Origin: Fibrobacterota bacterium
GTDB lineage: Bacteria > Fibrobacterota > Fibrobacteria > UBA11236
Length of the DNA stretch: 64,000 nt
Direction: 5' to 3'
Assembly (NCBI GenBank): GCA_023249635.1
Contig: JAHFCH010000004.1
Coordinates: 13,730-77,729 of the forward strand
Of the stretch, positions 9,428 to 16,829 are shown piece after piece. The translations under genes were made by a program, and so were the position numbers. Below the pieces are notes generated by a model, which ran no database searches, was not told the DNA's origin, and saw only the letters and a program-made list of their open reading frames with translations. Numbering within the stretch: the first letter of the stretch is position 1; every line of letters begins with the position of its first letter.

Positions 9428-10272
9428 GCCTGCCTGCTAGTCCGGGTTTGCGCCGTCGACATCAGGATCGCAACCAATACCATCATGATAAGCCCGGTGA
9501 AAAAAAGTGCTGAGCGATGCACATTCATCGCGAAAGGCATTTCCAGGGCGATGTTTGCCGTTAAGGTCCGGATAGGATTGAATACGCTTGTTGGGAAACG
9601 GACGACGTTACCGCATACCATAAGGATTGCCATCGTTTCACCAATGGAACGAGCCAGGCCAAGCAGAATGGAAACGCCTACTTGTTTCCGGAGATTGGGA
9701 AGGATCAACCCTTTTAGAGCGCCCCACTTGGATACCCCTAAGGCCACCGTGCTATTCAAGTACAAGCGGGAAAGATTCGCTATGGCATCATCCAAAATGA
9801 CCATGATGGTTGGCAGAATCATGATTCCCAACACGATGACGCCCGCAAGCAAACTGGGACCGGGAGGATGGATACGCGCGACCAGGGGAACGAGCGAAAC
9901 CAGACCCCAGAAGCCGAAGATTACCGAAGGGATACCCGCGAGTAAATGAACCATGGAACGATAGAATCCGGCAATTGCACTGGGGGCATAGAAATGACAG
10001 AAGAGTCCGGAGAGGATGCCCAGAGGCGTGGCAAATGCCACCGCGCCAACGGATACCAAAACCGAACCCCATAAAAGCGGTAGGACATTGTATTGATTCT
10101 CGGACGCGAACCAGGTTTCGTCCATCACGAATTGGCTCAGTCCGATACCGGCCATGGCCGGCACCGACTCCTTGGCCAGGAAAAAGAAAATAAAAATGGA
10201 AATGACGCCAGCCAGGCTGGCGCACACCGATAAGACGAAAAGGAAAGCCTTATCTTTTTGCCAGAGGGACAA
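9424..10272 (-). CDS. pstC: Phosphate ABC transporter permease PstC
   Basis: Polytopic permease with RSIGETMAILMVCG. The start codon at 10272 is TTG, so the exact start is uncertain. Confidence 0.8.
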   Translation of the reverse strand: MSLWQKDKAFLFVLSVCASLAGVISIFIFFFLAKESVPAMAGIGLSQFVMDETWFASENQYNVLPLLWGSVLVSVGAVAFATPLGILSGLFCHFYAPSAIAGFYRSMVHLLAGIPSVIFGFWGLVSLVPLVARIHPPGPSLLAGVIVLGIMILPTIMVILDDAIANLSRLYLNSTVALGVSKWGALKGLILPNLRKQVGVSILLGLARSIGETMAILMVCGNVVRFPTSVFNPIRTLTANIALEMPFAMNVHRSALFFTGLIMMVLVAILMSTAQTRTSRQA

Positions 10273-11083
10273 AATACTGGCCTTTCACGATTGAGTCGTT
10301 CTCCGGAGCAGCGGCGAATGCGATAAATTCCTTTGCTATTCCGGTAGGTTCGGTTTTGGTGACCAGGTTCAAAGGCCGGGATAGCGCGAATTTATGATCA
10401 ATCAACGCCTGCATCGACGGTTGGATCCCGTGCAAGGGAAGCAACTTGATCTGGGTTCCATGGGTTGCGTTGTATTCCGCGGTCCCGATTGAAACATAGG
10501 CGACGGAATAGGGGTTTCCCGCCACGGTCTTAATCCCTTGCTCATTGTCGCCTATAATGACATCAGCCTTGATATCCGGCAGCTTTAGTTTGGTATAGTG
10601 CAGGAACAATTCCAGGGTAGACCGCCCTTCGGCCTTATTCACGACCATGATCTGCTTGTCCAGTCCGCCGACATCTTTCCAATTCTTGACCCTCCCGGTG
10701 TAAATGGCGACGATCTGGGAATCAGTTAGTTCCTTGACCGGGTTGGTAGAATGGACAATGACGCAGATTCCATCCAGCGCAATGGGGTAGGACTTAAGAT
10801 CCTGCTCATCCTCCTTGAGAGCGCGGGAAACCATCCCGATGTCCGCCGTACCTTGGCGGGCATCCAAAACGCCTCTTGACGATCCGCCGGTCTGCACATC
10901 GACGCGGACGCCAGGATGAGTTTTCTCGAACTTCTTAGCCAAATCGCTTACCAGCGGGGCGATGGTGCTCGACCCTGTTAGGGTCAGTTTTCCGGTCAGG
11001 TTCTCTTGTCCTGCCGCATGATTCGATCCTGTCATGGCCAAATAAGCCAAGCAAAATACGGGAAGGCTGTATCGGATTGCCAT
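10250..11083 (-). CDS. pstS: Phosphate-binding protein PstS (PBP fold)
   Basis: Track ORF 10250-11167. I choose ATG 11083 because AGGAGA lies 6 nt upstream. The signal peptide is MAIRYSLPVFCLAYLAMTGSNHAAG. LTGSSTIAPL and QTGGSSRGV are typical PstS-family motifs. Confidence 0.8.
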   Translation of the reverse strand: MAIRYSLPVFCLAYLAMTGSNHAAGQENLTGKLTLTGSSTIAPLVSDLAKKFEKTHPGVRVDVQTGGSSRGVLDARQGTADIGMVSRALKEDEQDLKSYPIALDGICVIVHSTNPVKELTDSQIVAIYTGRVKNWKDVGGLDKQIMVVNKAEGRSTLELFLHYTKLKLPDIKADVIIGDNEQGIKTVAGNPYSVAYVSIGTAEYNATHGTQIKLLPLHGIQPSMQALIDHKFALSRPLNLVTKTEPTGIAKEFIAFAAAPENDSIVKGQYFVPLAKR

Positions 11084-11108
11084 ATTCATTCTCCTGTTCA
11101 TGGGTTGG

Positions 11109-12155
11109 TTAGTAGCTGAATTCCGTGTTGAGTGCGACCTTGTGCTGCAAGACTTGCTTGGAGTCATATGGCGAGATGGCTTGATAGTCTAAGGCCAGTT
11201 TGATGCCGTTGAACGGCGAATATTGCAAGCCCCCGATGTAGGTTTCCCCATCGGCGGCGGCATTCCAGTTGCCCTCCGAGGTCGCATAATCAATACGGCC
11301 GAAGACTTCCAGATTCGAAACGGTTTGGACCGCCGAATAAAGGGAGAGACCGGAAAGATCTTGCTTGTCAACGCCAAGATGGTTCATTTGGAAATCATAT
11401 TCCGCGCCGATCCTGAATTTCTTTGCAAGCGAGTATCCCAGGAAACCTGCGAGAGTAGTCTGCCCGGATGCATTGTCGACCGGCATATAGTCCCCGAAGC
11501 CGAATACGGTCACGCCCAAGGGGGCATTGAATTCGAACCCGCCACCGGTCTTGTAATTGCTATTCAGATCCTGTTGCGCGGTGAAACCCTCCCCCTGAAG
11601 GACGGAAGCATAAAGTTTCGTGGTCGGATGCACCTGGATCTGGACGTTGGCGCCTAGATCGGCCGAGGAACTGTATTTCTTCTCGTCCATCATGCTTTTT
11701 GCCACGTAACGATAGCCCCAGGCCTTTTCCTGGATAGCGAAAAGGCGCGTGCCTACCAGTCCCAATTCGAAGCACGTTAACGGAATGACTTGCTTGACTT
11801 CAAGGGAGGCATTCTTGAGGAAGGATTCGTATCGGGTCTCCTTCTTCGTCGACAGAACTTTCTTGGTCGTATCGAAGGCCCCGGAGTTCAACTCCCCCAA
11901 GCGGGCGACGTCGAGCACCAACCGGGACGAGTAGTTATCGCTCCAGTCATATTGGTACCCGAAATAAGCCCGGGTGATTTCCAGGCGTGAACCGTCCTGC
12001 CCGAAATAATCACGTGACCATTCCGAGAATGCCTTCACGATAGGCTTTCCCTTGGGTAGCTCCACCGTTTTAACCTGTAAGCTATCGGCTGCGTTCACGG
12101 TCACCGCAGCGGTTAAGGCCGCCAATACCAGTGATATCGAACACCTTTGATTCAT
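11109..12155 (-). CDS. Outer-membrane porin, possibly phosphate/anion-selective
   Basis: The signal peptide is MNQRCSISLVLAALTAAVTVNA. The body shows an alternating beta-strand pattern and ends aromatically (...LNTEFSY). It heads the pst genes. ATG 12170 is the alternative start. Confidence 0.6.
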   Translation of the reverse strand: MNQRCSISLVLAALTAAVTVNAADSLQVKTVELPKGKPIVKAFSEWSRDYFGQDGSRLEITRAYFGYQYDWSDNYSSRLVLDVARLGELNSGAFDTTKKVLSTKKETRYESFLKNASLEVKQVIPLTCFELGLVGTRLFAIQEKAWGYRYVAKSMMDEKKYSSSADLGANVQIQVHPTTKLYASVLQGEGFTAQQDLNSNYKTGGGFEFNAPLGVTVFGFGDYMPVDNASGQTTLAGFLGYSLAKKFRIGAEYDFQMNHLGVDKQDLSGLSLYSAVQTVSNLEVFGRIDYATSEGNWNAAADGETYIGGLQYSPFNGIKLALDYQAISPYDSKQVLQHKVALNTEFSY

Positions 12156-12281
12156 AGGATTCCCTTTCATCCGGATTTTCGTTGAGCGTATTCCGCCGCG
12201 GCAGGTGCGGCGAATCGAGATCGGGAGCAAATATACGATGATTGGTTTTGATCCAAATGAATTATTTGCCAATAACCCAAC

Positions 12282-12297
12282 ATCGGTTATCTACGAT
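12282..12297 (-). promoter_or_regulatory. Putative ArsR operator copy between arsR and the porin gene
   Basis: ATCGTAGATAACCGAT on the minus strand keeps the ATCG-N8-CGAT frame and the TACGAT half-site. No good -35 hexamer is nearby. Confidence 0.4.
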
Positions 12298-12396
12298 ATT
12301 CATTTTGGCGGATTTTTATTTTATGCGTTACAATTCGAGAGGCGCATACGTCAATTGCGATTCACCACTCACCATTAATCATGGTGACAAATGCGA

Positions 12397-12741
12397 TCAT
12401 GAAATAACGGAATGAAAACTCTGAGCTGTAGTGATCAACCCATGGAGCGCAATCTGGAAAATCCCCCAAAACTCCGAAAAGGTTCCGCGACTTAAGGAAA
12501 AAAAGGATTTAGGCCCAAAAGTCCTCACCTCAATCAACCCCGAATCGGACAAATCCCGCAAATGGCGCGAGACCGTTGACTGGGCGAGAGGCATCCGATC
12601 CACAATTTCCGAACAGCTTATGGAGTCGTATTGAGCAATGAGCGTGAGGATTTCCAGACGCGCAGGGTGCGAAAGCGCCTTTGCGAAAGATGCAGCCTTT
12701 TGGCTCGCCGCGGGGAATACGGACTTCTTGCTGAGCGCCAC
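12397..12741 (-). CDS. ArsR/SmtB-family regulator lacking the As(III)-binding cysteines
   Basis: LSHPARLEILTLI and LAQSTVSRHLRDL form the HTH. There is only one Cys (SISCSEIV). It has no CxC, no CYC and no C-terminal CC. The GTG start lies 7 nt after the -10 hexamer. Confidence 0.85.
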   Translation of the reverse strand: MALSKKSVFPAASQKAASFAKALSHPARLEILTLIAQYDSISCSEIVDRMPLAQSTVSRHLRDLSDSGLIEVRTFGPKSFFSLSRGTFSEFWGIFQIALHGLITTAQSFHSVIS

Positions 12742-12747
12742 GTTCTT

Positions 12748-12776
12748 AATATCGTCTATTTACGATTTAAAGTCAA
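12748..12776 (-). promoter_or_regulatory. Promoter of arsR-porin-pst-cysE with embedded operator
   Basis: The minus strand reads TTGACT (12776-12771), a 17-nt spacer, then GATATT (12753-12748). The spacer holds ATCGTAAATAGACGAT (12766-12751). The GTG start at 12741 is the 7th nt after the -10. Confidence 0.6.
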
Positions 12777-12820
12777 GCGCGCACCTTCCTCATTTTCCGG
12801 AAATTTCCCGGGTATTCTTA

Positions 12821-12836
12821 ATCGTTTATCTGCGAT
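12821..12836 (+). promoter_or_regulatory. Putative ArsR operator facing the arsI block
   Basis: ATCGTTTATCTGCGAT fits the same ATCG-N8-CGAT frame. Its right half overlaps TGcGATTTA, a possible extended -10, about 100 nt upstream of the arsI ATG. Confidence 0.45.
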
Positions 12837-12936
12837 TTATGTTTTTTATTGTTTTCCATGCCGGATAATGGCATCGGGTGATGTAGATTAACGCTTATCG
12901 GATTTTCAACCGCAACCGCATCTCAAGGAGTCGAAG

Positions 12937-13458
12937 ATGGAAAAGGCAAGCGCCGGGAGTTGTTGCACGACACCCTCGGAATCCCCGCTAAAGCACATGC
13001 AATCCTCAGTGCAATTCAAGGGTGCGATGCGCCCGCACATCAGCATCAACGTAGCGGACGTGTTACGTTCCGTGGAATTCTACCAGGCCCTGTTCGGTCA
13101 GAAGCCGGTAAAGACGAAATCCGACTACGCGAAGTTCGAACCCGAAAATCCTCCTGTGAACTTCGCAATCAACCAAGTCGATGTTCCCGGCAAGCGTGAT
13201 GGCCATTTCGGCATCCAGGTCAAGTCGAAGAAGGCCGTGCAGGATTTCGTGGAGCGCTTCCGGAAGACCGGAGTCAAGATCGAGGAAACCGAAAGCGCCG
13301 TGGCCTGCTGCTATTCGGTTCAAGACAAAGTGTGGCTCACCGATCCCGACGGAAACCATTGGGAGGTCTTTGTCGTAACCGAGAAGGAAGCCGACGAAGG
13401 GTGCGGCGTGACTTGCGTCTGTTACAATGCCGAAACCGGCGGCTGCGACTGGTCTTAG
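12937..13458 (+). CDS. arsI: ArsI C-As lyase (VOC/glyoxalase-fold Fe(II) dioxygenase), copy 1
   Basis: AAGGAG lies 6 nt upstream. The motifs PHISINV, DYAKF, GHFGIQV and VACCYSVQDKVWLTDPDGNHWEVFVV give the vicinal CC and the His/His/Glu pattern I recall for ArsI. The C-terminal tail is Cys-rich (CGVTCVCYNAETGGC). Confidence 0.85.
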   Translation: MEKASAGSCCTTPSESPLKHMQSSVQFKGAMRPHISINVADVLRSVEFYQALFGQKPVKTKSDYAKFEPENPPVNFAINQVDVPGKRDGHFGIQVKSKKAVQDFVERFRKTGVKIEETESAVACCYSVQDKVWLTDPDGNHWEVFVVTEKEADEGCGVTCVCYNAETGGCDWS

Positions 13459-13505
13459 ATCCGAAAACACGGGCATAAGCAAACACCCAAGAAAAGGAAT
13501 AGCGA

Positions 13506-14015
13506 ATGAAAAGCATATGGGAACGTGTCGCGGAATCGGAGAAGGTCGAGAACGACAGCGCTGTCGACTTCCCTACCGATAGCCGCATGCATGTCAGCCT
13601 CAACGTCTCAAACCTGGAAGAGTCGGCCAAATTCTACCGCGTGCTGCTCAACCAGAATCCAAGTAAGGTCAAAGAAGGGTACGTCAAGTTCGAGTCGGTC
13701 GAGCCCGCCATCAATCTAACCTTGAACGATTTCCCCAACGAGACCTCGACGGATGGCCACTTCGGAATCCAAGCCAAAGGGACGGAAGTCATCATGGCAA
13801 ACTACGACCGCTTCAAGGCCAGCGGCTTCAAAATCACCACCGAAGACGATATCGAGTGCTGTTACGCGGTTCAATCCAAAATCTGGGTGGCCGACCCGGA
13901 CGGGAACCGGTGGGAATTATTCGTGACCACCGCCCCTGAAGCGGAGGAAGGTTGCGGTCCCGAGTGCATTTGCCATCGGGAGTTCGAACGCAGTTACGTC
14001 ATCGAGGGCAAGTAA
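13506..14015 (+). CDS. arsI: ArsI C-As lyase, copy 2
   Basis: The motif set is the same as copy 1: MHVSLNV, GYVKF, GHFGIQA and IECCYAVQSKIWVADPDGNRWELFVT. The tail reads EEGCGPECIC. Confidence 0.85.
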   Translation: MKSIWERVAESEKVENDSAVDFPTDSRMHVSLNVSNLEESAKFYRVLLNQNPSKVKEGYVKFESVEPAINLTLNDFPNETSTDGHFGIQAKGTEVIMANYDRFKASGFKITTEDDIECCYAVQSKIWVADPDGNRWELFVTTAPEAEEGCGPECICHREFERSYVIEGK

Positions 14016-14063
14016 GCGAATTTTTCCCGAATCCAATTCTAAACATCCAACAAGGAGTCCATC

Positions 14064-14333
14064 ATGAAATTGAACAACATCAAATCCGTCAATGAGACCA
14101 AGAAAGGCGTTTCCGTCCATCTAGGCGGCGATATCGAGGTCGATAAGGTGAAGGCCATGGTCGCAAAATGCGGCACCGGAACCTGCAGCTGCTGCGGCCC
14201 CGAGTTCGTCCAAGCCCTCCAAGGCATCGACGTCGACGGGAAAGACGGAAGCGTAACCATGACTATCAAAGGCCCGGTTACCAAGGACGTCATTTCGGAA
14301 AAGCTCGCCATCTGCGACTGCTATAACACATGA
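14064..14333 (+). CDS. Small Cys-rich protein of unknown family (89 aa)
   Basis: AAGGAG lies 7 nt upstream. The protein has a KCGTGTCSCCGPE cluster and a C-terminal ICDCY. It has no signal peptide and matches no family I recognise. Confidence 0.6.
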   Translation: MKLNNIKSVNETKKGVSVHLGGDIEVDKVKAMVAKCGTGTCSCCGPEFVQALQGIDVDGKDGSVTMTIKGPVTKDVISEKLAICDCYNT

Positions 14334-14340
14334 ATAACCG

Positions 14341-14366
14341 TAGGGAAGCGCGCGCCTCCCTATTTT
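14341..14366 (+). terminator. Hairpin plus T-tract after the Cys-rich gene (terminator or attenuator)
   Basis: TAGGGAAG-CGCGCG-CCTCCCTA (one mismatch) is followed by TTTT, 8 nt after the stop at 14333. Confidence 0.5.
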
Positions 14367-14433
14367 CACAACCCGCGCAGGCATTGCCTCCGCCCAACAA
14401 TGACGGGGAGGGAAGCTCCCGGAGAAAGGAATT

Positions 14434-15408
14434 ATGAGTCAAAAAGTAGCCGAGAAAACAGACAAGCACGCATCAGTCGAGGAACTGTACAGCACCGCTG
14501 CAAAGGCGCCCCAACCCGGGCTATGCTGCCCCAAGCCCTACATGAACGAAATGACGGCCCACATCCCCAAGGAAGCCTTCGAATTCAACTACGGTTGCGG
14601 GAGCCCCGTCCTCAAAGCCGGGATCAAGGCCGGGGACACCGTAGTGGATCTCGGATCCGGAGTCGGGATTGACTGCTTCGTAGCCGCCAAGCTCGTAGGG
14701 CCCAAAGGCAAGGTGATCGGAATCGATCTCACCGAAGACATGCTTGCGAAGGCCAACAAATATAAAGCCATCGTCGCCCAAAACCTGGGATACGATGTGG
14801 TGGAATTCCGCAAGGGTCTGATCGAATCCATTCCGCTCGAAGCCCAATCCGCCGATGTCGTCCTCTCCAACTGCGTCGTCAACCTGTCCCCGGACAAGGA
14901 AAAGGTCCTCAATGACGTCCGTCGCGTACTGAAGATCGGCGGCCGCGCCGTGATCTCGGACATCGTAAGCGATCGCGATGTGGAACAGGTCCATCAGGAT
15001 GACAAGAAGCTATGGGCGGAGTGCTATACCGGCGCGCTTTCCGTGAAGGCGTTCCTGGAGGCGTTCAAGAAGGCCGGCTTCTACGGACTCTCCCAACTCG
15101 CCGAAACGGCATGGCAAGAAGTCGAAAGTTACAATTTCGCGTCCATCACCGTGGAAGCGTTCAACTATCCCAAGAGCTCGTGCTGCGGAGCACTCGATCA
15201 TTTCGCCGTTTATCTCGGGCCGTACGAATCAGTTGCGGACGAAGATGGCCACCAATTCCCCCGGTTCAAGGCGGTCCCGGTCTGCGCAGAGACCGCGTCA
15301 CGACTGGCTGGGAGCCCGTTCGAATCCAACTTCGTCGTGGCCTTCGCGGGTCGCGAACTCAAACCCGACGCCAATTCATGCGCCCCTGGGGGAGCCTGCT
15401 GCGGCTAA
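14434..15408 (+). CDS. Second, divergent ArsM-like SAM methyltransferase with C-terminal extension
   Basis: The N-terminal region has GLCCPKPY and NYGCGSP. The SAM motif is VVDLGSGVGIDCF, followed by SNCVVNLSPDK and WAECYTGA. An extra roughly 100 aa ends in SSCCG...CAPGGACCG. Confidence 0.75.
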   Translation: MSQKVAEKTDKHASVEELYSTAAKAPQPGLCCPKPYMNEMTAHIPKEAFEFNYGCGSPVLKAGIKAGDTVVDLGSGVGIDCFVAAKLVGPKGKVIGIDLTEDMLAKANKYKAIVAQNLGYDVVEFRKGLIESIPLEAQSADVVLSNCVVNLSPDKEKVLNDVRRVLKIGGRAVISDIVSDRDVEQVHQDDKKLWAECYTGALSVKAFLEAFKKAGFYGLSQLAETAWQEVESYNFASITVEAFNYPKSSCCGALDHFAVYLGPYESVADEDGHQFPRFKAVPVCAETASRLAGSPFESNFVVAFAGRELKPDANSCAPGGACCG

Positions 15409-15418
15409 GCCGGATGCG

Positions 15419-15452
15419 GGTATCCAGGGCAGAGCGTTTTGCCCTGGATACC
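15419..15452 (+). other. Perfect 13-bp inverted repeat between the methyltransferase and the PLP enzyme genes
   Basis: GGTATCCAGGGCA, loop gagcgttt, then TGCCCTGGATACC. There is no clean U-tract after it. It could be an attenuator, an RNA processing or stability element, or a protein-binding site. Confidence 0.5.
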
Positions 15453-15498
15453 ATACCGCATTTGTTACCCACTTTTCACCGAATGGAAGACTGATTGC

Positions 15499-16821
15499 AT
15501 GTTCACCCAAGCCGAAATCAAGGAACTCCGCAAGGATTTTCCCGCCTTGAACCAGGTTAATCCCAAAAACGGTCGGCCACCGGTCTATCTGGATAACAGT
15601 TGCATGACCATGAAGCCCTCGGCCGTTGCCGAAGCGGAATGGGACTATAACACCAAATACCCGGCCTGTGGGGGGCATCGGGGTAGCTATTGGTTCGCTG
15701 AAATCGTGCATGAAAAGGTCGAAGCCGCCCGGGCAGCGCTCGCATCTCTAATCAAGGCACCGGCAGCGAAAAGTTCCGAAGGGAAACCTCTTTACCCCAT
15801 CATCTTTACCCGGAACGCGACAGAAGGTTTGAATCTAGTGGCCTCTACCCTGGGTCTTATGCCCGGTGAAACCGTCCTTATAACCGACAAAGAACACAAT
15901 TCCAACCTGTGCCCCTGGCAGGAATTCGAGAAGCGAGGCGGCAAAGTCATCATCCTTGCCACCAAGGCGGACAACACGTTCGACATGCCTGCCTTCAAGG
16001 CCGCCCTGGCAAAAGACCGCTCCATCAAACTCGTCTCCCTCAACCACAGCTCAAACCTCGACGGGGTTACCAACCCTCTCCAACAAATCGTTAAGGCCGT
16101 TCGCGATACGGAAAAGAAGCAGGCCAGGAATATCTTTATCGCCGTTGATGGCGCCCAAAGCCTCCCCCATCTGCCGTTGAATCTTGGCGAACCCGAGGCG
16201 CCTGGCTTCCTCGACGTCGATTTTTTCGCCGGCTCCATCCATAAAATGTTAGGCCCCTCAGGCATCGGATTCCTCTATGGCAAGCCGGAACTTTTAGACT
16301 GCCTCCCGCCGTACATGGTCGGAGGGTCGACCATATACGAAACCTCGGCCTACCATCGACCGGTTTATGCCGAATGGCCCGCGCGATTCGAAGCGGGCTT
16401 GCAAAATTACGGTGGGATCATCGGTGCGGGTGCGGCGGTCAAATACCTTACCTCCATCCTGCCCCGCATCAAAGGCTATGAAAACCATTTGAACGGGATC
16501 CTGACCGATGTCCTGAAACCTCTGCACGCGGCCGGGAAAATCCGCATCCTCGGGCCCGAAGATGCCCACCAGCGGGGGGGGGTCCTTACCCTGCTGGCGC
16601 CGGAACGCCCGGAAGGAGATCGGATGCGGGCGCTGCGGGAAAAATCATGGCAGCACAACCTCATGTATCGAACCGGCCATTTCTGCGTTGACGTTTGGTT
16701 CTCGACCCGTCAGGACAAGCTCTATCCCGCTTACACGCCGATCCGCCTGTCGGCCTACTTCTACAACACCGAATCCGAAGTCGAGACAACCGCCAAGGTC
16801 ATCCGGGAAATATTCGCTTAG
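15499..16821 (+). CDS. Class-V aminotransferase, cysteine desulfurase / selenocysteine lyase-like (SufS/CsdA-like)
   Basis: Internal ATG of track ORF 15439-16821. The PLP lysine is in FFAGSIHKMLGPSGIGFLYG. The active-site loop is YRTGHFCVD (compare RTGHHCA of SufS). The N-terminal motif is RKDFPAL. Confidence 0.85.
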   Translation: MFTQAEIKELRKDFPALNQVNPKNGRPPVYLDNSCMTMKPSAVAEAEWDYNTKYPACGGHRGSYWFAEIVHEKVEAARAALASLIKAPAAKSSEGKPLYPIIFTRNATEGLNLVASTLGLMPGETVLITDKEHNSNLCPWQEFEKRGGKVIILATKADNTFDMPAFKAALAKDRSIKLVSLNHSSNLDGVTNPLQQIVKAVRDTEKKQARNIFIAVDGAQSLPHLPLNLGEPEAPGFLDVDFFAGSIHKMLGPSGIGFLYGKPELLDCLPPYMVGGSTIYETSAYHRPVYAEWPARFEAGLQNYGGIIGAGAAVKYLTSILPRIKGYENHLNGILTDVLKPLHAAGKIRILGPEDAHQRGGVLTLLAPERPEGDRMRALREKSWQHNLMYRTGHFCVDVWFSTRQDKLYPAYTPIRLSAYFYNTESEVETTAKVIREIFA

Positions 16822-16829
16822 GAACAATC

